Assembly (NCBI GenBank): GCA_000165345.1
Contig: CM000430.1
Location: forward strand, 896,001 to 960,000
Direction: 5' to 3'
DNA length: 64,000 bases
Part shown: one piece after another, positions 1-11,100 of the stretch
Layout: each line of letters opens with the position of its first letter
Numbering within the stretch: position 1 is the first letter of the stretch
The notes under the pieces: generated by a model
Seen by the model: the letters and a program-made list of their open reading frames with translations, nothing else
Database searches by the model: none
What the model was told of the DNA's origin: nothing
Position numbers and translations under genes: made by a program

Positions 1-85
1 GTTTCTGTTTTTTTGTGCCTATATTGTATTTACATGCGCATGCAATTTCATTGTTTGCTTGTTTTTAAAATTAAATTACGTGTTC

Positions 86-94
86 GGGCGCCAT
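86..94. promoter_or_regulatory. E2F-like GGCGCC element (GGGCGCCAT), flanked by TACGTGT at 77-83, upstream of the first gene
   Basis: Sequence gttcGGGCGCCATacc about 310 nt upstream of the ATG at 405. The same core recurs in almost every spacer in the window. Confidence 0.45.
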
Positions 95-404
95 ACCCAG
101 GAATTTATAAAGTAATTGCTTGTGGAAGGTTGGGTACAATATTGCCAAATAGAGGGGTTAAATTGTGAAAGAAAAAGATAAAAGAAAATGGGGTTCAGAA
201 ATTTGATTTTTTGTTTCTAAACTTTGGAAAATTAGATAACAAAAAAAATAGTAAATTTTGAGCTACAAAATAAGAGTTTTTTTTCAAGTTGGAAGGAATT
301 AACTTTTAGCCAACAGTAGAAAATAAGATTTAAAATTTGAAAGAAGATATTGAACAGAAGATAAATAAAGTTAATTTTAGTGAAGAAAAAATTAAGAAAA
401 AAAT

Positions 405-1754
405 ATGAAGTCTTTAAAATTAGTATTAACAACATTTTTAGTGTTAACATTATCTCTCCTTGCAGGGTTCGTATTTGGGACTAATGAAAACCCTAATTTT
501 TTGAGGCTTGTTTCAGATAAAAAGATGTATGATGAATGGCTCAAAACAATGACAGTAAGCGAGGAGATAATTTTGGAAAGATTTGGAAGCCTTCTTGAGA
601 TTATTGACTTAGACAAAAATGGGCTTTTAGAAAAGGATGAACTGATTAAGTGGATAAAATTTGTATCAGAAAGATCAAGTTTAAAAGAAGTTGAAGCAGA
701 ATTTAGAATTTTGGACAAGAATAAAGATGGTAAATTATCAAATGAAGAATTTATCAACCATTTTGTGTCTGAGAAAGATGAAAGTTCGAATAAAGAAATA
801 ACAGAGCTGAATAACTTTTACCGTGAATTATTCAAGGAAGTAGATACTGATAAAGATGGATATTTAACAGTTGGAGAATATTACTATTTGACAAATTACT
901 ATAGCTTATCAAAGGAATTATTTGTTAAGATAAATAGCTTTTTATCTCAGAATGATAAGAATGGTGATGGAATTATTGATATTGAAGAAATTAAACAGAT
1001 TCAAAAGGATAATGCTGAAGTTATTACAAATGACTCTGGTAAACTTGTTGTCTTTGGAGTTGATGTGTCTGGTGAGAAAGAGCTTTCTGTTAAGAAGATT
1101 ATCTTTTTATTAAGATCCCAAGAGATACAAGATGCAATCACAGAAGCATATAACCAGTTGATAGATGTATATAATACTAGAAAAGATGCAAAACCAGAGG
1201 ATTCTAAGTCTTCTTCAATCCCTATAGATTTTGTAAGATCCAATTACGTCATTTATATTCAATCAATATTAACAGATTATGGAGATGTTTTCAAATATCC
1301 ACACGATATTTTTGTTGGGGTTGATAACAAGGATTATGACTTATCAAAAGAAAAATGCACAGAATTATTTGGTGAAAATGAGAAATTTTCTGAAAAGTCC
1401 GATGAAGAAAATGAATTCGACACTGATGAATTTGACACTGATGATAATAATCCTAATGACGATGTTGAGATCTCAGATGATATGATTCAAAAGCTTATTT
1501 CTTTAATGGGCAATTCTGGACTTGGTGATATGGATGATAAAGGTGGTAGTATGTTTGATGTATTTGCTAGTAAGGCAGAAGGAGCAGAAGGTGGTGATCT
1601 AGCAGGTATGGAGGAGATTCTTAAAATGTTACAATCACTTATCGGCTCGAAAATGGGAGAGAATGACCATATTCCTGATGAAAATGAAACTTTAATTCCA
1701 GATCATGAAGATAATCAAGAATTTCCTTCGTTAGAAGCTAGAGATGAGTTATAA
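405..1754 (+). CDS. ER/secretory multi-EF-hand calcium-binding protein, CREC (reticulocalbin/Cab45/calumenin)-like
   Basis: 449-aa ORF with a genuine ATG. N-terminal hydrophobic signal peptide (MKSLKLVLTTFLVLTLSLLAGFVFG). At least four canonical 12-residue EF-hand loops (DLDKNGLLEKDE, DKNKDGKLSNEE, DTDKDGYLTVGE, NDKNGDGIIDIE). Acidic C-terminal half ending in RDEL, an HDEL/KDEL-type ER-retrieval tetrapeptide. Confidence 0.75.
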   Translation: MKSLKLVLTTFLVLTLSLLAGFVFGTNENPNFLRLVSDKKMYDEWLKTMTVSEEIILERFGSLLEIIDLDKNGLLEKDELIKWIKFVSERSSLKEVEAEFRILDKNKDGKLSNEEFINHFVSEKDESSNKEITELNNFYRELFKEVDTDKDGYLTVGEYYYLTNYYSLSKELFVKINSFLSQNDKNGDGIIDIEEIKQIQKDNAEVITNDSGKLVVFGVDVSGEKELSVKKIIFLLRSQEIQDAITEAYNQLIDVYNTRKDAKPEDSKSSSIPIDFVRSNYVIYIQSILTDYGDVFKYPHDIFVGVDNKDYDLSKEKCTELFGENEKFSEKSDEENEFDTDEFDTDDNNPNDDVEISDDMIQKLISLMGNSGLGDMDDKGGSMFDVFASKAEGAEGGDLAGMEEILKMLQSLIGSKMGENDHIPDENETLIPDHEDNQEFPSLEARDEL

Positions 1755-1999
1755 TTTGTTATTATAATTGTAGGGAAATGTGAATTTAGGTTTAGACTTT
1801 AAATTAATTACATATTTATTATTAGAACACTTAATTACTCAAAAATGCCTTGAAAATTTTCTTTATAGATTTTTACAAAGTAAACCTAATAATAGTAATT
1901 AATAGACCTATTCGCTCTAATTTGTATTACTAACTACCAAAATAAGTAATTTGGTAGGTATTTGAAGGATTGATTAGTTGCTACACAGGTTAATTACTA

Positions 2000-2404
2000 C
2001 TAGTAATTGTTATAAACGATTACCTGGTTTGAAGCAAAACCTGTTCCTCCTTTTAGAATAAACAAAGTAATAAACTTTAAAAATAAGTTTATAACTGCAA
2101 TTGTAATTATTAGTATGTGACTTCCAAAAGTTGAAGATTCATTGGTTTTCCATTGCATAGAAAACCACATTGGAGACCAATAGAGTACAAAAATAATATC
2201 TTGCAAACATGAAAGTAGAATAAACCTACGAAGAAACCTTTGCTGGCGTGACTTCTGATTCTCAGAAAGGTTAAAATAACTCCACCAAATAAATGCAAAT
2301 AAAGGAAGATTATAATCTGAACGGCATACGCTGGATATTCCTCCCAGGCTTGCTATTATTAAAAAGAGGAAGTTAGCTTTAGTTTGATCTACAATAACCA
2401 CCAT
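2000..2404 (-). CDS. Hypothetical small polytopic membrane protein (about 4 predicted TM helices)
   Basis: The ORF-track entry 2000..2416 starts at TTG; the first in-frame ATG is at 2404, giving 134 aa. Four hydrophobic stretches. No recognisable family. Confidence 0.35.
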   Translation of the reverse strand: MVVIVDQTKANFLFLIIASLGGISSVCRSDYNLPLFAFIWWSYFNLSENQKSRQQRFLRRFILLSCLQDIIFVLYWSPMWFSMQWKTNESSTFGSHILIITIAVINLFLKFITLFILKGGTGFASNQVIVYNNY

Positions 2405-2793
2405 TTTCTCCCTCAAGAATAGTCAATTTCTTAATACTAAACTCAATTAACTATTCTGATCTTGGCTACTTTATATTTATTTTTTCTTTTATAATTACTA
2501 TGGTTTTTCCATTTTTTTTCCCTTGAAATATTACTACATCTAGCCATAAAAGTTCCCGCCAAAACATGCAAAATTAATCATAGAATAATATAAATTATAA
2601 TAAAAGAAATTATATATTGAAAGGGAAGAAAAAAAGTGAATAGAAATAAAATAAATTTATTAGTATATTAGAACATTGGTAGTAGAAGAATATTAGTAAT
2701 TAATTAAATAATATAAATAAATATTTGTAAACAAGTAATATATATTCAATAGTAATAATGTATAATATAATAGAAAATAAAGAAAATAAAATA

Positions 2794-3642
2794 TCAGAAT
2801 TTTGTAATGCTTGATGTGGCAAGTTGAATCCTATTAAGAGATTCTTCAAGAAGTTTAAGCAATGTATCTTCAGAGTTTTGTCTCTCAGATCGTTCATTTC
2901 TGGTATCAATAGTAATTTGTTGTACCAAATTTTCCATAAGGTCTAATAAGGTATCAATAGACTGTTGCCTTGTATTAACTTCATCATTAATCAAGTAGCT
3001 GAGTTTTTCAATTTCTTCTTTGAGTTGAGACAATATATTATTTTCAATAGCTTGACACTTATCAACTTCACTTTTTATTGCGTTACCAAGACGAACAATA
3101 TCTACTTCTACAAATCTTTTAACACAGGAATCTAATTCTTCTCTTTCTACATCCTTTTTGGAGATTTCATTTCTAAGACGATCCATTCTTTCATCAATTA
3201 TTTCAATCAGTCTTTGCTCCATAGACTTTCTACTAAATATCTCGCTTTGAAGTAGTTCATTAAGTCGCCTTTCTGCTTGTAAAATGTCACTTTTTGGGTT
3301 CAAGTAATTTTGATTTTCAATAGAATTAGCTTTAGTTTCATGATCCATACAATAGGACGAGTATATCTCTCTATTTTCTGATTTTAGGCTCATTAAAGTA
3401 CTTTTTAACTCATTTACCTTTTTCATTCCTTCATCATACTTTCTATTCATATCATCTTCAAACTTTTTCATATTAGCTTCCATTTCTGCTAATTTATCAT
3501 AATGTTTTGTAGATCTGTCTAAATCTAATCCATTATGAATACTATTTAGTCTTTGACTTAATCTATTGATTCTATCATCATGATAGACATTTGCTCCTGA
3601 ACCAGAAGTCAACTTTTTTGAATAGCTTAAAGTATTGTGCAT
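2794..3642 (-). CDS. Coiled-coil protein (heptad-rich throughout; SF-assemblin-like size and architecture, family not confirmed)
   Basis: 282-aa ORF with a genuine ATG. Charged, Leu/Glu/Lys/Arg-rich heptad pattern over nearly the full length. No enzymatic motifs. Confidence 0.55.
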   Translation of the reverse strand: MHNTLSYSKKLTSGSGANVYHDDRINRLSQRLNSIHNGLDLDRSTKHYDKLAEMEANMKKFEDDMNRKYDEGMKKVNELKSTLMSLKSENREIYSSYCMDHETKANSIENQNYLNPKSDILQAERRLNELLQSEIFSRKSMEQRLIEIIDERMDRLRNEISKKDVEREELDSCVKRFVEVDIVRLGNAIKSEVDKCQAIENNILSQLKEEIEKLSYLINDEVNTRQQSIDTLLDLMENLVQQITIDTRNERSERQNSEDTLLKLLEESLNRIQLATSSITKF

Positions 3643-4219
3643 ATTCGGATTTCTTATAAATGCTAGTTTGTTCTTTTTTTAATCATATTTCATTTATTCT
3701 ATAATTATTTGCAATCCCTTTTTCTTCCACCTATACTTGCCGAATTAAGTCTCAAATTTTCTTCACACTAACAAATTAATTTCAAATACTAGTATAGACT
3801 CAATCAATCGCAAAAGGAATTAATATTAATCTTTACCACTCACTTAGCTTCAATTTTTTAATTTTTTGCTTGCAAATTTGATTCCTTTCTTTTGCCTCTA
3901 TAATTTACCGTGGCTATTTCAAAATTTATTATAATAAAATATGGCGCCATCAAATCCGGTACCTAATACCGGTATTAATATCAATGGAAATTAAAATTGA
4001 TAAATTGAAATTAATTTGCTGTATTGACCCAATCTTTTTTTAACTAAAGTTTAATTGGTTCTTAGGTACGGGTAATTGAAGAACAACGTTTATATTCAAT
4101 CTTAGTATACGATAAAAGAATTTTAAAGTGATAATATATTAAGAAAATAGTGAATTATTGTAACTATTTTTATTTCTTGATTAATATATTTTTAAAGAAA
4201 GAGGTCGTTATGAGAACAA

Positions 4220-4948
4220 ATGAAATTTAAACAAAGAATTTTATTTATATTTGTTTATTTATTTGTAATTCTTCAGATTTACATTAAATTCGAATTTGCC
4301 GGTGCTAATTCTGTTGGAAAGCTTGGATACTATGATTACAATGATTCTAATACTTCTGATAAAAAACTACAAGGAAAGTTCAGAAAAGATTCTAGTCAAA
4401 TTAGATTAAACTTTATGAAATATTTTTTGAATGTAAATAAAGAAATAGAATTAACAAAAAAACAAAACAATACTTCAATAAATACTCCTTTTATGGACTT
4501 TCTACATGCTCCCTTATCTCTGAGAACTATTCCGAAATCTGAAGAAGTTTGCTCTTCTATTCAATTGATGTCATTCTGGAAGCTTTATAATGATGTTTTT
4601 GATTTGGTTGAATCAGAGTTTAATAGTATATTAGACTTGGATCTAGTTCAAAAGAAAGCCTCAGAAGAATTATATGAAAACAGCTTAATATTAACTCAAT
4701 CTGACGAAATTAAACAAGATATTTCCGAAGAATTAAAAAATATTAAAAATGAGACTTCATCTACTAACATCAATAAACACAGAAATCTTATAGAAGATCA
4801 TGTAAAACCACAAAAAAATGCTACCAAAACTAACAAAAAACCAAATAAATCCAAGAACAGTTATATAAACAAAAAAAAACAAACAAAAAAACATAAAAAG
4901 ATAAAAACTTTTGAATTTGGCTTTCACAGGTATTTTAACTTGAATTAA
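4220..4948 (+). CDS. Hypothetical secreted protein with Lys-rich C-terminal tail
   Basis: 242 aa with a genuine ATG. N-terminal hydrophobic signal-like segment (ILFIFVYLFVILQIYIKFEFAGANS). C-terminus KKPNKSKNSYINKKKQTKKHKKIK. Confidence 0.5.
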   Translation: MKFKQRILFIFVYLFVILQIYIKFEFAGANSVGKLGYYDYNDSNTSDKKLQGKFRKDSSQIRLNFMKYFLNVNKEIELTKKQNNTSINTPFMDFLHAPLSLRTIPKSEEVCSSIQLMSFWKLYNDVFDLVESEFNSILDLDLVQKKASEELYENSLILTQSDEIKQDISEELKNIKNETSSTNINKHRNLIEDHVKPQKNATKTNKKPNKSKNSYINKKKQTKKHKKIKTFEFGFHRYFNLN

Positions 4949-5283
4949 TCCAAGGTTCTATGTTTAATCTTCCATTATAAATTATTTAATTAAAATAAAC
5001 TTCCACAATTATCACCGCATATTACTGGGTTTATAATAATATTTCTATGACTGTATATTGTTTTAACTTTATAGCATTTAAACTTTTTTTTTGAATTGCG
5101 TTTTATTTACTTGTTTCTTTTTAAATTTTTCTTCAATGTCTTTTTGAACATTATCTGCATTATATCGCTTAACAAATCGACTATTTTCCTTTGAAAGCAA
5201 AAATTATTTTTATTGCATTTTGAAACAATTAACTTTTCTCTTTTCCCTTAATCATAGAACCCAATTCTAATTGCACATGGCTT

Positions 5284-5345
5284 TGCATGCAATTATATTC
5301 AAAAAATGACACGTAAGAGGCGGCGCGCGCGCCACTATAAATAGA
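5284..5345. promoter_or_regulatory. Composite upstream module: GCATGC (5284-5290), AATGACACGTAA (5305-5316), GGCGGCGCGCGCGCC (5319-5335), TATAAATAG (5337-5345)
   Basis: Read directly from the sequence. Lies about 340 nt upstream of the ATG at 5684. The same order of the first three elements recurs at 13398-13470. Confidence 0.45.
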
Positions 5346-5683
5346 TTTTGTCATGTCAAAGAATGGTTTGTGGGCGAAAAGAAAAAAAAATCATAAATTA
5401 CATTTTGCAGTAAGAGGTTATGTAGATAGCAGTTTTCCCAAAACTAAAGTATATTCTGTAGGATTTATGATTGAATAATGGATACGATATGTAAAAAAAA
5501 GAACAGAAACACAAAATTCTTCAAGTTTGTGTGAAAGTAATCAATTGGAAATAAAAAACTAAGAATTCTAATAGAAAAAGGTGGAATTACTGCTTGAGCC
5601 CAAAGTCTTGCATGCAGTTGAGTGGTAGATGATAAAAAAAATTATTATATAATTAAAATTTTTAATAAATTGTTGTAAAAAAA

Positions 5684-8086
5684 ATGTCAGCAGATAAAGA
5701 ATTATTTACCCTTGAGGGGTTTCAAAAAATGAAGTTAGCAACACAGAATAGAATAAATAAAGCAATAAATTCTTCGACTAACATTTTGGAATCTGTTAAA
5801 AGCTCATTTCATAAAGCTCCGAAGTCATATAAATTATTAGAATTAGTACCAGGTGCAATTGAAGCTCCAAAACGTGAAAGAGTCACAACAGAAGATTTAA
5901 CTATCGTAATTAGTGAAAAGTATTCATCTAGAGTAAATTCTAAACAGAATAACAAAAAGAAAGATTTAAAAATTAAGAGAGGAATAAATGGAATGATTAA
6001 GGATTGGAATATTATAGAAGGAAATGCAAATACTGAAATAAATAATGGAGATTCTGGATTTAAAGATTTTGTAACAGAAGCAAAAGCTGCAGAATTTGTG
6101 ATAAAATTTTTAGATAGAATGCAATCCAAAAAATATGCAATGAATTATGATAATGTTTCAATGCATGTAAAAGGTGAAACTCAATTAGACAGACAGTTAT
6201 CAGCATATCCACTATTTGTTTCTACAATTTCTCATGCTTCAATGGGTTTGTCAAATACCAGAAGAGATGGATCATTATATGATATTGTAGGTGGAGTTGA
6301 TCCAGGCTTGGGAACATTGATTGGTAATTTTAAAAATAATAAACAAATCTTTGATAGAAGCCCTCTTGTTCAATTATCTCAAGAATTAGAAAGAGATACT
6401 TTATTAGAAAAAGCACCATCTTGGTCATCAAAGTTATTACCAAGTATTGGAACAAAATTAGATTACCAAACTTTTGATGAAGAAAAAGCTCTTGGAGTAT
6501 ACAGTAAAGATAAAATTAATAAAGAATCTATAATGTTTAGACAATTTAGACAAAATCCATCAGCTGGAAGAATGGGTAAAAGATTTACAAGTTTAGAAGG
6601 TTCAAATACATTAATATTACAAAAAGATGATGTTTCCAATTTTGATGATACTCCAAATAATTCAAAAAACAAGAAATCTCAAGGGAATTTAAATTCATCA
6701 CTTCAAATTTTGACAGATTTGAATAAAATACCAACAAGATTTCCGTGGATATTAGAAGAATTACCTATAGCTCAATCTTTTAAGAATCAGTTTCTATTAT
6801 TTAATGAAAATTCATCTTTAAATAAAAGTGAATCAAAGGAGGAAAATGTTAAGAAAACATTTTATCAAAAAGCTAAGGGATTATCTAATTCTACTTTAAG
6901 GCAAGAAAATATAGTTAAAGCGATTGTTAGTAATAGAGGAATTGCAATGGTAAGAAATATTACAAATGTACCAGCAGATTCTAATCTGGAAGCATATTTT
7001 GATGAATTGGATGATAATAGTGATAATGATGAACGTTATTTATGGGAAGATGATCGAGAGAGAAAAAATCAACAAACAAAAGAAATTGGAGTACAAAAAT
7101 ATATGGAAGAAACATCTTTTGATACGGATTTTCAAAATAACGAACCAGATTTGGAATCATTAATGAAAGATTTGGAGATTCATTATAATCAAATAAAAAG
7201 TGAAAGGAATGAAAATAATTCACCAAAACAAGGAAATAACTGTCAATCTCCTCAAAATTTCCAATTCTCTTCTTCATTAGAAAATGATTCAAAAGATTTT
7301 AAAGATTTACATCATCCAGAAAATATACAAAAATCAAGTGGATCTGTAAATAATATTAAAGATAATGAATTAAATATAATGTTATTACAAGGTATGAATC
7401 CTTATTCAGGTCCAGAAATCAAGATTGAATATGATTTAAGCGAATTATATAATTCTGAGAGAAATTTATATAGAGGAGAAGGAATTGAAAAGACATGGAA
7501 AAGTTATTATGATTCATTAAAGAATTACCAAGATGCTGTTAATCAAAAGAAAGAATATATGGAAATGATTCATTATAACATGAGTCCATCAAGAAAGATT
7601 TTAAATGGATCTCAATCTAGAAAATCAAAAATTCCTAAATCATTTTTACCAATACATGAAAGTTTACAACAAGAAGATGATCCTCAAGAAGAATATTATA
7701 GTTTTGTTCAAGGACAGAGGATGATTAAAGAAAGTATTAATCAATTTCCAATACAAAGTCACACATCAGCTTATAAGACTGTTGGTGAGGACAATATTCA
7801 TCTTGTTGGTCCAAAATCTAGAGGTTATATTAGGGGATTAGCAGCCGTACGTGGAGGAAGAAGAATAAAACAAAGATTAATAGGTGATAGGAGTAATTAT
7901 GAAAATCAATTAAGATCAAGAAAAGAAGATCTTGGTTTTCTTAAATATACAGAAAAAGACCGTGAAGAATTTTTGGAACATGTTAGATATAATAATAAAA
8001 AGATTCAAGAAATGTATGAAATGGAAGATAAGTTTAATACAAAAGTAAGAATAGCATCCAGAGGTAGATTTAAGAAAATAAGATGA
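5684..8086 (+). CDS. Hypothetical low-complexity protein (Asn/Lys/Ser-rich), no recognisable domain
   Basis: 800-aa uninterrupted ORF with a genuine ATG. Composition typical of lineage-specific apicomplexan proteins. No TM segment and no catalytic motif seen. Confidence 0.55.
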   Translation: MSADKELFTLEGFQKMKLATQNRINKAINSSTNILESVKSSFHKAPKSYKLLELVPGAIEAPKRERVTTEDLTIVISEKYSSRVNSKQNNKKKDLKIKRGINGMIKDWNIIEGNANTEINNGDSGFKDFVTEAKAAEFVIKFLDRMQSKKYAMNYDNVSMHVKGETQLDRQLSAYPLFVSTISHASMGLSNTRRDGSLYDIVGGVDPGLGTLIGNFKNNKQIFDRSPLVQLSQELERDTLLEKAPSWSSKLLPSIGTKLDYQTFDEEKALGVYSKDKINKESIMFRQFRQNPSAGRMGKRFTSLEGSNTLILQKDDVSNFDDTPNNSKNKKSQGNLNSSLQILTDLNKIPTRFPWILEELPIAQSFKNQFLLFNENSSLNKSESKEENVKKTFYQKAKGLSNSTLRQENIVKAIVSNRGIAMVRNITNVPADSNLEAYFDELDDNSDNDERYLWEDDRERKNQQTKEIGVQKYMEETSFDTDFQNNEPDLESLMKDLEIHYNQIKSERNENNSPKQGNNCQSPQNFQFSSSLENDSKDFKDLHHPENIQKSSGSVNNIKDNELNIMLLQGMNPYSGPEIKIEYDLSELYNSERNLYRGEGIEKTWKSYYDSLKNYQDAVNQKKEYMEMIHYNMSPSRKILNGSQSRKSKIPKSFLPIHESLQQEDDPQEEYYSFVQGQRMIKESINQFPIQSHTSAYKTVGEDNIHLVGPKSRGYIRGLAAVRGGRRIKQRLIGDRSNYENQLRSRKEDLGFLKYTEKDREEFLEHVRYNNKKIQEMYEMEDKFNTKVRIASRGRFKKIR

Positions 8087-8102
8087 AGATCAATATCTTA
8101 TA

Positions 8103-11100
8103 TTATTTTAAAAAGATTCTAAGTAATAATTGTGTGGGATCAAGATCTAAAAAATTGGATTCTTGTGTATTAATTATATGATTTGGAATTAAATTTGAAT
8201 CCAAATTATTATTAATTATAATATTGGAATCTAAATTCATATTTTTTCTAATATGAGAGTTACCACCATAAGAAGATGAAGATGATGATGATGATATTGA
8301 GCTTCTCTTCCTTCTTTTATTGGATCTTTTTACTTTATCAAGATCATCTTCTTTTAAAAAATTATTTAATGATGATGTTTTTGAATTATTATTTTGAAAA
8401 ATAAATCTCTTATATTGAATATAATCATAAAGTATATCTTCAAAAGTATCTTGAATTAAACAATATTTAACTTTAACAAATGAAGAAGATGTAATATTAT
8501 TGGATCTTATTCTATATGCTCTGGAAATTGTCTGATTTTCAATTGATTCATCTGAAATTGGATCTAAAATATATATATTAGAAACACAAGATAAATCAAG
8601 ACCATGAGATCCAATATCAATACTTAATAACAAAACAGGAAATTTATTATTAATTTCTTGAATATTATTACTATCATCTTTCTTAAAATTTGAAATGGAT
8701 CTTTGTAATTCTGATTTAGGTATATGTGGATAATATCTACAAGTTCCTATATTAAATAATATAGTTAAAGTATAATATAAAAAATCTAATTGTTGCCATA
8801 AACTTGAAACAATCATTATTTTAATCTTTGGATTCTCTTCAATATCTTTTAAAATACAATGAAGAATATATCTTAATTTTGAACTTGATAAAGAAATTAA
8901 TCCTATTGAAATTAATGGAATATTTTGATAAATATCAATAAAAGGTAATAATGAATTTCCAAAAGAATGAATATAATTATAGAGGTAATTATTAATATTA
9001 TTAACAGTAATATCTGTAAATTTCTGATATAATTCCAATATATTTTTTTCAATTTCATTGGATTTATAATTTTTTGTTAATAAAATTTTTAATTGAGTTA
9101 TTAATGGGAAATTAAATAATGGAATAATATTATTATATTCTTTATAGTTTGATATTAAACAAGAATTTGGAATTGAACTTGAACTTGAACTTGAGCTTGA
9201 ACTTGAACCTGAATTTGAAATAGAATTATCATTCTTTAATTCAATATGAGAAATTTGAATTGGTACTTGAAGTCTATCAAAAAAATCAGAATTTATTTGT
9301 ATATTTTCTCCACAAACAATACAGAATTTTATAGGTCCTCTTTTAGTCCAATATAATTTCTTTTTTGAATTATTACAATTTTTTGAAATATTAAGATTAA
9401 CATGTATTGGAATATATCCATGTTTTTCCATTATACAATATGTACAAACCAAATGTAATTTAGGGCATGGAATAATTAAAGGAAATAAAAGTATTTCATT
9501 ACACGAATCACAATTATAATAATTAAAAGAATTTGAAGATTGTGGTGATGATAATTTTATATTAGTAAAGTAATCCAATACAAATTCCATTCTTAAAGTT
9601 GATTCTATTTGATAAAAATGATCATTTTCATAATTTGGATGTTTATTTTCAAACATCAATCTTAATTCTTGTATATCTTTCATTGATACTGAAATATATG
9701 GAATTGATAAATTCATATTTTTTATTAATTGTAATTTATTATCATCCAAAATAAAATCTTTAATATTCATAGTAAATCCAAGTATTGAAGCAAATCTAAA
9801 ATTCCAAATAACTTCTTGACGATAATTAAGATTACAAGGATGTAATAAAGAATCAATATTATCTTGGCTGAAATATGTACAAAATAAATTTCTTTGAGTT
9901 AATTCACATATTATATTATATATATAAAATTCATTATCAATAAAAGGCTGAATAACTTTTTTAATAGGTCCAATTAAATTAGGAAGATAATTACGTAAAC
10001 ATTGATTTTTTTGATTTAATACAATAATTGAAGCAATTTGAGTAAATATTGTAAAAATTCCAATAGGAGAAAGTTTCCCATTAATGGATGATTTACTAAT
10101 AAGTTTTAAAATTGAATAATTATTTGAATTATTACAATAATTAATTTGGGATGATTCTTGTATTGATTTTAAATTTGTATTATTATCATCATTGTTATAA
10201 GATCTTCTGGAATTTCTTATAGATTCTTGTTCATAATTACGTGTTTTATCACAAATTATGGGTAATTGTAAGAATTTGAGAATATTTGGAATATTTGTGT
10301 TAATTGATTTTATTATAGAAATTGGTAAAGGTGTGCCAGACATAATCCATTTAAATTCAGATTTTATTTTGAATATGAATTGTTGATAAAGAGTTGAGGA
10401 TATTTCAGAATTTCCGATATTATGTCCTTCATCAATAATTAGTCTAAGCCATTTAATTCTTAGAATTGGGCTCATTTCTTGTCTAAAAAATGGATCTTTC
10501 AAATCTTGTTTAATATCTTTATTGTTTTGATTTTTTCCTTTAGTATTTGTAAGAAAAGCTCTCTTATATTTTTGTTTAACTTTACATAGCTGAAATTGTT
10601 TAGTAAGCATTCTATAAGATAATATTACAGCTTTAGCTTGAGCCAAAATATATGGTTCAATTATTTCATCCTTGGATGGATCATCAAATAAATAGATTAG
10701 AATATCATGGTTAGAATCATGACTTTTATAATTATGTGGGTATATTCTTTTATTGGTTGATATAGATTTTTTAGAATGATTATTACTATTATAAGTAACA
10801 ATAACATCAGTTTTGTACCACTTTTTAATTTCTTCAATCCAATGTTGAATAAGATGATTTGGTACAATAATTAAAGTAGCTCCAGTTGGAATAAGATCGG
10901 AATTTTTGTTTATAACATTATTTTGATATAAATATTGTGAATTACTTTCATCTTGTGTAGAGATATTAACTAGTTTAATAGGAGAAGTTTTATGACTAAT
11001 CATAAAGTTAATTCCCAATTCTGGTTGGTTAATTTTATAAAGCAAATCTTTGACTCCAAATGGATATTCAAAATAAGAAGTTCCATCATCTTTATGTATA

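Noticed and set aside
2794-3642. Naming the 282-aa coiled-coil protein as SF-assemblin
   Set aside because: The size and all-coiled-coil architecture fit, but I cannot recall a diagnostic motif to confirm it from sequence alone, so it is left as a generic coiled-coil protein.
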